A stretch of DNA of 64,000 nucleotides. It comes from the human T2T-CHM13v2.0 reference genome, Homo sapiens. The position numbers were made by a program, and so were the translations under genes. Where the stretch lies: the NCBI RefSeq assembly GCF_009914755.1, contig NC_060940.1, one strand, 5' to 3'. Shown piece after piece: positions 13,865-29,165 of the stretch; positions within the stretch are counted from its first letter, which is position 1; the number at the start of each line of letters is the position of its first letter. The notes beneath the pieces are model-generated. The model ran no database searches and was not told the DNA's origin. It worked only from the letters and a program-made list of their open reading frames with translations.

Positions 13865-14604
13865 TGTCAACTGAAGAAACACGAGGTTCATGCATCTAGA
13901 AAGGAGAGCTTTATTTCTTATAAGGGGTTGCAGCCTGTAAGCTGACCACCTCGCAGGCTGGGGAGTGTAGCATCCAGCAGAAACCAGAGGCAGGCACTTC
14001 AAAGGAGGCAAGGTGAGACAGGAATTTATGCTAACAGAATGGCTAAGTATACATACTCAAGTTATAGGAGGAGCTATGAATATTCACAAAAGAAGGGCAC
14101 GCAAATGCACAGTAAATTAATATGAATGTCATATACATGCCATGTTCATTTTGGGGTGAAAACATAACATTTAAGTATACTATAATTTGGCCCCATGTGT
14201 CAAAAGGTGAATTAGAGGACATGAAGGCACTCAGTGTGCAGCCCCCGTAAACTGACCAGAACCACTTCATGCAAACAGAAGCTAGTTCTGGGTGTGCAAA
14301 TCTTATCAGGAAGGAATGTTGCTTGGTTGGCCGTGTCAAACCTGTATAAAGCGAGGGGCAGAGTCAGGTGGTTGGTTGGAAACAGTGATGGAACAAGTCT
14401 TTTGAGATGGCCTGTTTCTGTTTAACCCTTAGGAAAGAAAGCCAAATGATGGTTAGCAAGGGAGAGGATATAATGTGGTAAGTCTGAGCTCCTGTCTGGT
14501 TATGGCTAGGAACTCAGTTTTCAAGGTTTCTCTGGGATCCCCCTGGCCAAGAAGGGGTTCCATTTAATTAGTTGGGGTGGTTTAGGATTTTATTTTTATT
14601 TCTA
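13865..14604 (-). mobile_element. MER39-like ERV1 solo LTR inserted in a MIR
   Basis: tgtcaactgaagaa...gaaaggagagctttatttct...aggaactcagttttcaaggtttctctggg; flanking ggatt at 13860-13864 and 14605-14609; the MIR continues on both sides. Confidence 0.8.
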
Positions 14605-15999
14605 GGATTCAAACCAACCAGTCTGGCCCCAAAGTTTATGCGCTTAACCACAACACTAGAATGAATTAGTTAATTAACAAACAAAAAATGTCACGTCTGT
14701 CACATTCTGTAATGCCTGGGGCCATATTGGGGGATGTGCCTGTGTGCTCCACGGGTGTCCTCTTGAATGTTATAACCTCTACATGAAGCAAAATCCTATG
14801 TCCTGCACACAGTAGGCACTCAGAAAGCGTTTGTTGAATTGGATGACACCTGAGTTTGTGCTTCTGGACATTCTAAATACTTTTTTATGCAAATCTCCAG
14901 CTTTCCTTCCCATGGAGACTCACAGCACCTATGCAGCAAAGTGCATTGTTGGTGGTCCCTATCCAGAGCTTCTGACAATAAGTACATCAAAGCTAGGGTG
15001 CCACAGTGACACTGCCATCAGCTTCTGGGCCACAGGAATGCTCAACAGATGTGGATAATGAGTATGGAGGAGCAATGATGCCAAAAATAATTGTTCCTTG
15101 GGCCTTCTAGATCTTCTCACTTCCCCTGAGGAGAGATTGTGCATTCTGCCTACCCAGGAGGACAGGCAAGATTGCAAACACATAAGATGTTTGTGGCAAC
15201 AACTAACAGCTGTCTGGCCAGACTTAACTGCAAGTGAGCAAATCCCGCCTTCTTCACTAGCTCAGAAGCTGCTGTAAAATTACAGAGGAGCCCCAGGAGA
15301 AGCTGCACCATACCAGGGGGTGGAGCAGCTCCAAAAAAAAAAAAAAAAAAAAAAGGAAACAGAGAAAAAAATATCTGGCTACATATCTACCTGGGACAAT
15401 CTGTTTTCTTAACAGTACACAGGACCATGTACCAGGACCAGGCAAGCAAAGCGTAGGCATATGCTACCCCTAGGCTAATCCACAGACCTCGGGGAAGAGC
15501 AAGCGGCAGTGCTAGGCTGCCAAGCTCTAAAAATACCCAGCTCATTCCCACCATGACACTCATGGTAAGCTCTTAGTGGGCAGGAATCCTGCCAAACAAA
15601 TGCCTACCTAGCTGGATGATCCAGAATGAGCCCAGAGGCTGGGGACTATGCAAACACAGGATCCAGATAGGGACATGGTTTTCTCTTGAGCATGAATGAA
15701 GTTTTAAGAAAACTGGTGTGTGTGGATTACCATGAATTGGGGAGGAGGAACAAGGAGTGGAGGAGAAGCTCCTGCTATAACAATGGAAGTCGATGAATGC
15801 AGTGGCTAAAGCTGTAGGCTCGAGAGTCTGACCAAGTCCATGCAAATCTTGAACCTCTCACTTAATAAATACACAGCACTGGGGAGAAAGTTAACCTCTC
15901 TGAGCCTCAGTTTCCACATCTGTAAGAAAGGGACAATGATAATAATCACTACTATATCTACCGCATTGGTTTTTATAAGGAATGTAATAGATTATGTTA

Positions 16000-16719
<720 letters not shown>

Positions 16720-18949
16720 TAGCAAATTCTAAGCACTCAGAAAAGTTACTTTATTATTGCTATTATCAGTATCATCATCATGGATTCTCACCCTTTTGGA
16801 GACATCCCATACCTTGTTGAAAGCTTTTGTTGTTGTTTACTCATGAAACCTTTGGACCCTCTCCCTTGAGAAACGCACATTTGGACACAATTTTGAAGAT
16901 AAGTGCAGGTAGTTTGCACATCCCAGGCTCAGAGCCTCTGTTAGAGTCTCCCAGATTGAAAAATTCATCCTAAAGTCGATTTCCTAAGCTTCGGCCTGGA
17001 AATACTGCCAACATAGACTCTGTGTCATGTCAACTGTCACTGAGCACAAACAGGTAAAAATGCCACAGTGCCACTTTCCATCCTGGACAAACAGCCCAGG
17101 ACATACAGGGAGGCAGGGATTGGCACACATGGAAGGAGAGTGCTGGCCCCTGGCTGCGTCCTCACCTCTGTGCTCAGGGCTGTGAGTGAGGATGGCAGAC
17201 ACAACAATCTATACCCACCCCAGACCTGCGGCATCTCTTAATCTGTGCTCCACAAGATCAGCGTCTGATCCTGGGGCCGCGGGCTGTCTGGGGAACATGC
17301 AGTTCTTTAGTGTCTGGATATCATTAGCTAATTTGTGTGTCCAATTTCAAAGAAAAGTTTCCTCCCTAGAGGAGTTTCTACTCAAAGGACTGGCTATTTT
17401 TGGCTCCCACCCACTCGGCTGTGTTGTGCGAAGCCAGCATTTCCTAGACTATCCCAACCCCCACCTTTTCCTCTCTCTAGAGTCAGCAGCACTGGAGTCC
17501 AAAACAGTCTCCTGGGCATCCCCATAGCCTTGTATTCCCATCCATCTCGCAAGAAAAGATAAGTCAGCACTCTTGTAGAGGACATGCTTCCAACTAGGAT
17601 CAAGGGAAGAGCTTCATTCACCCTTTCTTTTATTCATCCATTCATTTGTTTAACAAATAATTATTGACACCCTTCTCTATGCCCCATTACATATTGTCTG
17701 TATGACGTTGAGCAAGTTACATAATGTCTCTCCTCATGCCTCAGTTTTTTTATCTAAAAAATGGGATGACAATAAGAACAACCCAAGAGGCCACTGTAGT
17801 TATTAAGTATATTAATATATCCATAGCATTTAAATAATGCCTGGCACAAAGTAAGTGCTCGGTAAAATGTTAGTTGTACTTTGTCAACTACTGTAGTAAT
17901 CAATAGGGACAAAACGGTGAGTGAAAACTAATACAGTTCCTGCCCCTACGAAGCCGATGATCCCCGAGGAGAAATATACATTAATCACATACCCTGGAGG
18001 TTAAAGATATATTCAGTACTCCTTGATTTTGGTGATGGTATCACAGATGTATGCATATGTCTAGATTCATTGAAACGTTTACAGTAAATATGTGCAATTT
18101 TTTGTATGTCAACTATACCTCAAAGCTTTATAAAATAAGCACAACAATGAATGTTAAATATGTAACCACCATAAGTGTTACCAACGAGAAGCATATGGTG
18201 GGTTCCAGGAGGGCAGTTGATACAGGTTATGGTTTAGGAACGATTTTTCTAAGGAGTAATGATGAGGTTGAGGTCTGGAGAATGTCTAAGAATTATGAGA
18301 GAGTTTGGGGTATGTGTGCTTCTTTCCGGGAGGGTTGAGGGGCTCTGTTTCAGACAGAAGAGGCAACATGTAGGAAGGTCCTCTCAATATCTAACACTGT
18401 TAGACATATAAAACCCTTGATAATAATAATCAAATAATCAGATAATAATAACAGAGGTCTAAACGGGAAACTATAAGATTTCAACAGCAAGCTATCTTGA
18501 TAAGGTTCCATCATCTCTCAAAAATTTATAACTAACAACAAGACAATTACTTCCCAAATCCCCTTGAAATTAATTCCATCCTCCTCCAGGAGCTATGATG
18601 GGTGGGAAATAAAACCGATGAGGGGGAGGCTCAAGTAGTAGTGATCATATCAGAGCATATCAAAACCTTGGTGAATTTTTACTCTTTAGTTTGACATGGA
18701 AATTTTCCCTAATCCCAAGACATAGATGATACCATGTGATAAAAAAAAATCTTAAGATACATTTATCCATTTATTTTACAGCTTTTTTAGTATTTAGGAC
18801 CTACCAGGCATTATATGAGGTGCTAAAGACACAACGGTGACCAAGACACAGTCTACTGGTCTCTGTCCCCTATACTCTATTTTACCATATCTATCTCCAA
18901 CCCTGTCAGACCCAAGAGGGAGGGGTTTCCAGTAGCCAAAAAAAAAATA

Positions 18950-20179
18950 GACCCAGGCAAAATAATTTTGAAATAGAAAAACAATGGTGAAGGACTTACA
19001 TTACCCTCATTTCAAACATATTACAAAGCTACAGAAATCAAGAGAGTGTGGTATTAAGGGAAAGAGACAAATCACTGGAACAAAACTGAACGTTTAGAAA
19101 TAAGCTCTGACACTGTCAATTGATTTTTGACAAACATGACAGGATAATTTGATAGGAAAAAGATAGTCTTTTCAACACATGATGCTGGGAAAATTTGATA
19201 TCAATATGTGAAAAAGTGAACTTAAATCCTTATCTCCAAACCACACAAAAATTAACTCAAAATAGATCTTAGACCTAAATATAACAACTAAAACTATAAG
19301 GCTCCTTGAAAAAAAAATTAGAGAAAACCATCATGTCCTTGGGTTAAGCGGAAAGCTCTTAGACACAAAACCATTCATTATTCTTTTACTAGACATAAAT
19401 GAAAAAATAGGCAAATTCATCTCCATTAAAATTTAAAACTTTTGCACTCCAAAGACACCATTAAGAATAAAAAGACAAGCCAGACTAGGAGAAAACATTT
19501 GCAAATCATACATATGATAAAGAACTGTATCAAAAATATATAAAGAACTCCTACAACTCAATAATAAAACAAACAGCTCAAAAATAAGATGAGCTAAAAA
19601 ACTCTATACTCAATAGTTATTTCATCAAAGATGAAATACACATGGCCAATAAGAAATGAAAAGGAGTTAAACATCATTAGTCATTATGGAAATGAACATT
19701 AAAACCACAATGAGATTCCACTTCCATATACACACTAGAATGACTATAATGGAAAATATGGACAACACCAAGTGTTGGCAAGGATTCACAGAAACTGAAA
19801 CCCTTGTACATTGCTGATGGCAATGTGATATGGTGCAACTACCTGTGAAAACAGTTTGGCAATTTTTTAAAAACTTAAAACGTAAACTTACTATATGGCC
19901 CAGCAATTCCACTTATAGGTATCAACCCAAGAGAAATTAAGATATACATCCACACAGACTGGCATATAGATATTCACAGGAGTATTATCCCTAACAGACA
20001 AGAAGTAGAAATAACCCAAATACCCATGAGCTGGTAAATAAACAAAATGTTGGCTGGGTGCAGTGGATCACATCTATAACTTTGGAGGCTGAGGTAGGTG
20101 ATCACTTGAGCCAGGAGTTTGAGATCAACCTGGGCAACATGGAAACCCCATCTCTACCAAATACGTATGTATGTGTGTG

Positions 20180-20218
<39 letters not shown>

Positions 20219-20762
20219 AAAATTAGCTGGGTGTGGTAGTGTATACCTGTAGTCCCAGCTACTCGTGAGGCTGAGGTGGGAGGATTGCTTGAGCCTCGGA
20301 GGCAGAGGCTGCAGTGAGCCACAGCCTGGGGAATAGGCCCCATCTCAAAAAAATAAAAAATAAACAAAATGTTATATATCCAGATAATGGAATGTTATTT
20401 GGAAATAGAAATGTAGAAAACACTGATACATGTGACAACATGAATTAACCTCAAAGACATTATGCTAAGTGAAAGAAGCCAGACTCAAGAGACTATATAT
20501 TGTATGATTCCATTTACATTAAATTTCCAGAAAAGGAAAATCTATAGAGACAGAAAGTGGATCAGTGCTTGCTTGGGGCTGGGGTTAGGAGCAATGATTG
20601 ACAGGCCTGAGATAATTTTTTTAGGGCTGGTGAAAATGTTCTAAAATTTATTTGGGGTGATGGTTGCAAAATCTGTAACTTTACTTTAAAAATCATTGGA
20701 TTATGTATTTACAATGAGTGCATTTTATGATAAGTAAATTATATATCAATAAAGGTATTAAA
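18950..20762 (+). mobile_element. L1MB-type fragment (3' part of ORF2 plus 3'UTR), interrupted by an AluJ
   Basis: caattgatttttgacaaa, aaaattaactcaaaatagatc, cccagcaattccacttataggt, aaattatatatcaataaag. Confidence 0.88.
20052..20357 (+). mobile_element. AluJ with a (TG)n-(CA)n microsatellite in its middle linker
   Basis: Perfect 16-bp TSD aaataaacaaaatgtt at 20036-20051 and 20358-20373. Confidence 0.92.
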
Positions 20763-21572
20763 ATAATTAATCCTCTAACAGCCCACACAATAGTTTAGTC
20801 ATCTGCATGCCTTGATATACCTCCAGTCTAGTCCTTTCAACAAAGAATAGAAGAGTTTAGTCAAATGAGGAGTCTTTGGGATTGGAATGGTTCTAGCCTC
20901 ATTCTCTAAATAATTCTACCCAAACAATATTTAGGAATAATTTTTTTAGAGTGGCATAAACACCATAATTACATGCACATACTTTTCATCTTTTCTGTTC
21001 TAGAAAAGGAGTCTTCTTACAGTCCAAGGAAAATCAGTCTCTACACTGAATTATAAATTAACATTTCAGCAGACATGCAATGTTGTGTGAGGTCTTCCCA
21101 CGTTAGCAGTCGGAATACAGGGGACAGCATCACCTCCTTTGCCTCCAGAGGTCTGAGGGTGCAGTGGAAAGAGATCAGGGTGTCTTCAAGAGTTTGAATT
21201 TCTCTCTTCTCAAGAATAGAAGGAAAATTAAGCATTATTTTTTTCTCTCAATGATTTTGCCTTTTATAAAAAGTAACTCTTATAGACTCCTTACTATGTG
21301 ACATGCCCTGTTTCAAACATATAAAATATATTAACTAATTTAATGCTCATAACAACTTTATGAGGTCAGTTCTATTTTATCCCTTTTAACAAATAAGTAA
21401 ACTAGAGCACAGATGGGTTAAGTGACTTGTCCAAGATCACACAGCAAGCTAGTAGAGACGGGATTCAAACTAAACGGTAACTCAAGTCCCTTCTCTTAAG
21501 CCCTCCATCTCATGTACTCAGAGGCATTAAATCTCAAGGTATACATAAAAGATAAGGTAAAAGGCAGCATGA

Positions 21573-21863
<291 letters not shown>

Positions 21864-23132
21864 TGAAACCCAGAAGAAAGAAGAGCAGGTGGGGCTCAGA
21901 GTCACAGTTGCTCAGCACTGCAGGCAGGGTCCGTATGTCATAATAACAGATGGGGTAGGTACCATTGCTCTTGCAGCCTGCAGGTCCCAAAGGAAATTGT
22001 GTCATTTTATCTTGCCTAGCTCCAAAAGGAGCAGCCTCTGTCAGAAGATCTCAATCATCATAGGCACGTCCCAGGTGTGTGTCCTGCTTCTCATCAGGCC
22101 TCCCCATCTTACTAGACCACTAGGTTCAGCCCTGACTTGTAGGAGGGGCTGGGCCTCCATAGCTTCTAAAAACATACAGTTAATCTACAGCATCTCTCCT
22201 ACATTTGCTGCGTAGCATTGGCACCTTCACTCAAGTGACAGTATTATAGTCAGGTGGCATCGATCAGCTTTAATCAGCCTTATATTTAAGAGCTAGAGTC
22301 TCTGGGTGTTTTAGGGAATACCCGGGCAACAAAGTGAAAAAAAAAAAACAAAAAACCTTTTGCAGTAGATTGCATGATTGCACAACTGGCCCAATTCTTC
22401 ATCTCTTACTGGAAACATGTCACTGTCACGTGATTCTGTGGTCCCTGCCACTTAAGAACCAGGATACAGTTCCTCACCTCTTGACTTTGAGTTTGATCAC
22501 GTGACTTAGTTTGGCCAATTACGTGAGGGAGACGTGCCAGTGTGCCGGTTTTGGCTTTTGCCCAGGGTGTCTAAGACCGTAGGGAAGAGATTGTCTGGGA
22601 AACTCTGCCCAAGACATCACCAGAGAGCCCACGTAGTGTGGTTTCTCTCCTTGTATCAATGAGAATGAAACCCAAAGAGAACTGATGCATCACCCAGTGA
22701 GTGAATATAGGAGCTACAGTGAAACCCATGTCTCCTGTCCTCCTACTCCAGGTTTCTAAACAGGAAGCATCAGAACCTGGCTGTCAGAAAAATAATCTGA
22801 GGCCCCAAGGTTTCATGGAGCAGTTACTCTCTGCTCAGCACTAAGCCACGTGTACAGAGGAGATACCAATAAGGAAAATGACTGGGTCCCTGGTTATAAT
22901 GTCCTAAATCTGTAATGGAGTGAATCAACAAGACACTTGCAAACAAAATGGTGAGGGCTCAGGAGGCTGTAATTTTTAAAAAGTGCTGGACTGAGGAAAG
23001 GTGAGAGTTACAGGCTCAGTTCTGCCACTCGCCTGCTGTGTGACTTTGAGCTGGTCATTCCCTATCTCTTAATATCAGCTTCTTCATCTATAGAATGTGG
23101 GTATACATGAGGGGATTTTTTTAGAACTCTAG

Positions 23133-23469
<337 letters not shown>

Positions 23470-24700
23470 AGAAAGCATTTTTTAAAAGAGGAACCCAGAC
23501 CCTTGGAGAAATGACTGATTGCTGATTCCAGGGTTGAAGCAGGAAAAGTATAAAATGAACCAAGAGCATCTTATTGTTCCAGAAAGTAAGGGAATGTGCA
23601 CCAAAAAAAAAAAAAAAAAAAAAAAAATGAGGACTTCTAGGGATGGAATTTTGTCCCCTACAAATTCATATATTGAAGCCTTAACCTGCCATTGACTATA
23701 TTTGGAGATAGGGCTTTTAGGAGGTAACTAAGGTTAAATGAGGTCATAAGAGTAGGACCCCAGTTTGATAGGACTGGTGAACTTGTAAGTAGAGGAAGAA
23801 GAGAGATTTCTCTCTCTCTCTCTCTCCACCAGCATGCACTGAGAAAAGGCCATATGAGCACACAGAGAGAAGACAGCTGTCTGCAAACCAGTAAGAGAGC
23901 CCTTACTCAAACCCAACCACGCCAGCTTCCTGATCTTGGACTTCCAGCTTTTAGAACCATGAAAAAAATAAATTTTTGTTGTTTAAGACACCCAGTCTAT
24001 GATATTTTGTCATGGAAGCCTGAGCTCACTAAGACAAGAATGTGTCAAAAGAATACAAGAGCCAGGTTGAGGTGCTGACCGATAAAATCTGAGACAATTT
24101 AAGCATAAATATAAATAACGACAGTAATGGATTATAACCCACTGTAAAATTAAGAATCTTGAGCCCATGCTAATATAAAGTATAAAAGTAAAAATAAATG
24201 TTCTTCCTTATAGCAGAACACTAGTAAAGAGAAGGAATGATGGAGTTAGAAAACATCAATGGATGCTAAAGCTGGTGAGTAAAAACATGATAAGGAATAG
24301 GATATTTATATAGTCTCAATGTATCTGCCTAATAATATAGGAGCTACATTGAAAGTGTATCCCGTCTTCCTAGTGCAGGTTTCTAAGCAGGAAGCATCAG
24401 AACCCAGCATCAGAACTCCCTACAAGTTACTTGTTAATTACAAAGAGGAAATAGCAACTTTACAGTAGAGACTGCAGATACTACCTTAACCACGGAGTCA
24501 AAATTAATATCACCAATATCAAGACCAACGGACATCATCTCTTGATACAATGCACCAAGAAGGACACAATATCACTTCAGTGATATTCCTACAAAAAAAA
24601 AGTGTGAAAGAAATAGGGCAAAATGTAAGCAACTGGTGAATCTGAATAAAGAGAATATAGGAGTTCTTTCTACTATTCTTTCAACTTTTCTGTAAGCTTG
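23470..24700 (+). mobile_element. L1MC-type 3'UTR fragment, interrupted by MLT1A and an ~80-bp insertion
   Basis: ggatatttatatagtctcaa...ttaattacaaagaggaaatagcaactttacagtagag...ctaccttaacc. Confidence 0.7.
23635..24035 (+). mobile_element. MLT1A MaLR solo LTR
   Basis: aaattcatatattgaagccttaacc...tttggagatagggcttttaggaggtaactaaggttaaatgaggtcataag...ctaagaca. Confidence 0.85.
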
Positions 24701-24712
24701 AAAATATATCTA

Positions 24713-24779
24713 CTCATGACACAAGTTTACCTGTGTAACAAACCTGCACATGTACCCCTGAAATAAAAAGTTAAAAAAA
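24713..24779 (+). mobile_element. Minimal 67-bp L1PA/L1PB 3'-terminal insertion
   Basis: tttacctgtgtaacaaacctgcacatgtacccctgaaataaaa; perfect TSD gaaaatatatcta at 24700-24712 and 24780-24792. Confidence 0.85.
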
Positions 24780-24809
24780 GAAAATATATCTAAATGCATA
24801 TACAGTTTA

Positions 24810-25195
24810 AAAAACATATGAGCCCAAGCCCCACCCCAGACTAATAAAATCAGATTCACTGGGGGTTTAGGGCCCAGGCATCCATGTTTTTGTTTCTATG
24901 TTTGTTTTTTAGGCTCCTTGGGTGATTCTAATGTGCCTCCTAGGTTGACAGCCCCTACGGGACTCAGAGGATAGTGACATTCTGACATTCTCTGGACCTG
25001 TGGGTACCAAAGTAAATGGTTTACAGCAGTTCCCAACCAGCAGGAGCACCTAAGCACCCGGAGACTTGTAACAAATGCAGATTCTTGGGCCTCACCCAGA
25101 CCTACTGAATCTGACACTTCGGTGGTGTACCGGCAACCTGTGCTTTAATCAGGCATCTCGGGGTTTCTGATGTTCACTAAAGTGTGAGAACCATG
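24810..25195. mobile_element. Two MER5-family elements
   Basis: ggtgattctaatgtgc; aaatgcagattcttgggcctcacccagacctactgaatctgacact...aagtgtgagaacca. Confidence 0.75.
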
Positions 25196-25258
25196 GTCTA
25201 TATTGATTCTCAGGTAACTAATAGTGTTCTTCTTTTTCAATTTTTTTTAAATTGTGGT

Positions 25259-25261
<3 letters not shown>

Positions 25262-25293
<32 letters not shown>
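25262..25293. repeat. (CA)n microsatellite
   Basis: Direct reading. Confidence 0.95.
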
Positions 25294-25295
<2 letters not shown>

Positions 25296-25659
25296 TACTC
25301 TCTTGGCCGGTCAGCATAGACTTCCAGCCCCACATCACCTTTCCCAAATGTCTTCCAAGGGGCAAAGTCCAGACACAACAGTGAAAGTGTGGATTTTACT
25401 CCACTGTTCTAACTATCAGTTCTTTCTTGCTGGTGGTCTCATTTCCCCGCCCTCCTCCTTACCTGTGCCACATACCCCATTCTCCTTGTACTTCCCCTAC
25501 TGGTCAGTCCCCCACACATAGACCTGCTACAACCACAACTAACTCCTTGAGACTAACCTGTCCTCTCCATCACTCTCAAGCCACATTCTCTGAGCCTGCC
25601 CAGGAGACTAAGAACCAATGTGGAATTAACAATTTACTGAAAAAGACCAGATCCCTTTC

Positions 25660-26082
25660 CCAGGTGTGAGGCTATAGCACGGGTGTTAGCTGTGATAATT
25701 TTTAGGTGGTACAAGGAGACTGAATTAAATAACATCAAGTCACATGGTGCAAAAGTTGCTCCCTTTCAAGTCTGTTTCAACTCTTCTGAAAACATCAGGG
25801 AAAAAGTCCCAAACACCCTACAACACTCGCTAATCTCCCTTTTTAACAGCGAGACCAGGCCTCAGGCTCTGAGCCTTAGGCAGCAGTCTCTGAGCTGTTT
25901 GGTCTTCGTGGTATATATTTTTGCAACTTACTTTCTATTTGTGGGAAGTGATACTGGTTTTCCATTTCTGGCTGTGATGCCAAGTTGCTTTTTAAAAATA
26001 AATGTGCTTAAATTAAAATGCAAGTGGTTTAAAGCACACACTAAACAAATAATCGTAGAGATGTTTGAAGTTGGAAAACAGA
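25660..26082. mobile_element. hAT-Charlie (Charlie4-like) DNA transposon fragment
   Basis: gctaatctccctttttaacag...caggcctcaggctctgagcc...gtgatactggttttccattt, matched to a recalled consensus. Confidence 0.55.
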
Positions 26083-26457
26083 GAACGAGGACCCGGGCTT
26101 CTTCCCTGTGAAATCTTCACCCTACATATATCATTTTGGTGTCTTGGAGACTGCATCCTACCATGATCTCATCTATGAAGCAACAGGAAAGGAATGGAGT
26201 CTCCAGTGAGATTGGATCAGCAGTTTCATTAGAGGGGCTGGCAGAGAACACTTTTGCTCTTCCTCCTGGTCCCTAAGCCTTCCTGAAACCCAGCGACTGG
26301 AAAGGGATCCTAACCAAATCTGCAGCTATTGGCATATCCTAGATCCTAGTGAGCCAGAGGTGGGCAGTGGTGGGGACAGGGATGGCTGATAAATGTGGGC
26401 AGATCCCTAAACTGCATCCGACCCTCCTGCACTTTCTTTCTTAAGACCCTTCATCTA

Positions 26458-27709
26458 ACATGTAGGAGAACTAAAGTGGATCCTCATCTCTCACCTTAAG
26501 CAAAAATCAACTCAAGGTGGATCAAGGACTTAAATCTAAGACCTAAAACCATAAAAATTCTAGAAGGTAACACGGGAAAATCCCTTCTAGACATTGGCTT
26601 AGGCAAAGATTTCATGACCAAGAACCCAAAGCAAATGCAACAAAAACAAAGACAAATAGGCGGTACTTAATTAAACTAAAGAGCTTCTGCACAGCCAAAA
26701 GAACAGTCAGCAGACTAAATACACAACCCACAGAGTGTGAGAAAATCTTCACAACCATACATCCAAAGGACTAATATCTAGAATCTACAAGGAACTCAAA
26801 CAAATTAGCAAGAAAAAAAAACAATTAGCAAACAAATTAGCAAGCCCAAACAAAAGTGGGCTAAGGGCATGAACAGATAGTTCTCAAAAGAAGACGTACA
26901 AATGGCCAACAAACATATGAACAAATGCTCAACATCAGTAATGATCAGGGAAATGCAAATCAAACCACAATGCAATACCACTTTATTCCTGCAAGAATGG
27001 CCATAATCAAAAAATAAAAAAAATAGACATTGGCATGGATGTGGTGAAAAGGAAACACTTCCGCACTGCTGGTGGGAATGTAAACTAGTACAACCACTAT
27101 GGCAAACAGTGTGGAGATTGCTTAAATAACTAAAAGGAGAACTACCATTTGGCACAGCAATCCCACTACTGGGTATCTACCCAGAGGAAAAGAAGTCATT
27201 ATACCAAAAAGACATTTGCACACACATGTTTACAGCAGCACAATTCACAATTACAAAAATATGGAACCAGCCCAAATGCCCATTAATCGACAAGTGGCTA
27301 AACAAATTGTGGTATGTATATATACACGACGGAATAAAACTCATCCTTAAAAAGGAATGAATTAATGGCATCTGCAGCAACCTGAATGGAACTGAAGACT
27401 ATTATTCTAAGTAAAGTAACTCAGGAATGGAAAACGAAACATTGTATGTTCTCACTTGTAAGTGAGAGCTAAGCTATGAGAATGCAAAGGCATAAGAATG
27501 ACACAATGGACGCTGGAAACTCAGGGGAAAGGGTGGTGAGGAATAAAAGACTACAAATTGGATTAAATGTATACTGCTCGGGTGATGGGTGCACCAAAAT
27601 CTCAGAAATCATCACTAAACTACTCATGTAACCAAATACCTACTGTCCCCCCTCCCCAAAAAAAAAAAACCTATGGAAATTTTAGAAAAGGAAAAATAAA
27701 TAAATAAAA
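26458..27709 (+). mobile_element. 5'-truncated L1PB1-like element
   Basis: ORF2 3' end plus L1PB-type 3'UTR (gagctaagctatgagaatgcaaaggcataagaatga...tgctcgggtgatgggtgcaccaaaatctcagaaatc). Confidence 0.9.
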
Positions 27710-28519
27710 CTAGTATTGATTTGGGTTATTTCAGTTTGTGTTCTCCAAATAGTTGTTAAAAATAATTTAGAAAATGCTCAAAAAAACCACTCATCTAGAG
27801 GAATTTAGATCACAGCAAAGAAATTTCTAACATTCCCCATACCTTGTGCATCTGACCTATGATTTTTTTCCTTGACCTTAAAGACTTACAAAGGGCATCA
27901 TTATGAGTAACTGCAAAACCATTATGAAAATCAACTCCCTATTTTGGATGACTCCCCATGTTCAGCATAAAAGATACTTACTCAAAAGCTTGGTGTTTTC
28001 ATTCCAGAAGAAACTCCTTTTAATGCTGCAAGCAGCATTACAATTTTACAAGAGAAAAATAAAACATTCTTAGTAATTAAATGCAAATCACCAGAGCTCA
28101 GAATTCAGGGCCCTGTCTCTGGAGTGCCTAGATTCAGCACTGGGAGAAGCAAATAACTGAGAGAAGGAAAGAGAATGCCATCCTGTCTCCCTCCCTTGCA
28201 CCCCCCCTTCCTCAGCTAACTAGTGTTCCCCTGGCTCAAAGAAAATGTGGAAGTTGGTGGTTTTTCACAAGGATGATACTGTCTGGAGCTGCTGTCCTCT
28301 GAGAGTAGGACGGGTCAGAAGAGATCTGCACCTGCTCTGTTAAGGTAGTCTTGCCATCTCTAAGGGTTTGATTTGCTGGCTTGTTTACTGGAGTCAGAAA
28401 CAGAATAAAGGTAACTCACTTCAAAGGCTAGATTCAAATGCTACTTCCTAGAAGATACCTTCAGGACCCTCCTTCACTCCCAAATAGAAGGAACTCTGCT
28501 TTTTCAACATGGTATTGAA

Positions 28520-29165
28520 GTCAGAATGTTTGTTATTCCAAACACCAGTACTGAAACGTCTGCTCATTCCGTGAAGTTCCTGAGGTGCCGAGTGCTGGGG
28601 ATATAACAGTGAAGATGGATAATTCTCCATTCTTACGGAGCTTCATTGAGGGAGCTCAGGGAGGCAGGAGTTAGTCAAATAATCACAAAAGTAAAGCAAC
28701 ATCACAAATTGTAGCGAGTGCTATTTAAGTACATGAAAACAATTTACTAGTCAAGAAGTATCAGCAGAATGAACAGCAGGTGCAAAGGGCCCATGTCAGA
28801 CAGGTGAAGGGGGGACATGAGGGCAACTACAAGAAGGCCAATATTACTTTTGCAAGGAGCAGGTGAGAGGTGGGGCTCCAGAGGTAGCCGAGGTCAGCCA
28901 TGAAGTGCTTGGAAGGCCACAGAGACAAATTTTATTCCTATCACCATAGCAACGGGAAGCCATGAAACCGTTTTCAGCAGAGAAACAACGTGATCGGGTT
29001 TGCATTTTGAAAGATCCCACTGGCTTCAGTAGAGAGGATAGATTTTGAGCAAGAAGCAAAGATGCTTGTGCGAAGGAGAGTAATTCGAAGACCTTTGGTT
29101 GTCCTGGCAAGAGATGTTGAGTGTTGGATCACAGAGCTGGTGATGGAAATGGGGAGATGTATTTC
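28520..29165 (-). mobile_element. L2 fragment
   Basis: cagcaggtgcaaagggccc...gcattttgaaagatcccactggct. Confidence 0.7.
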
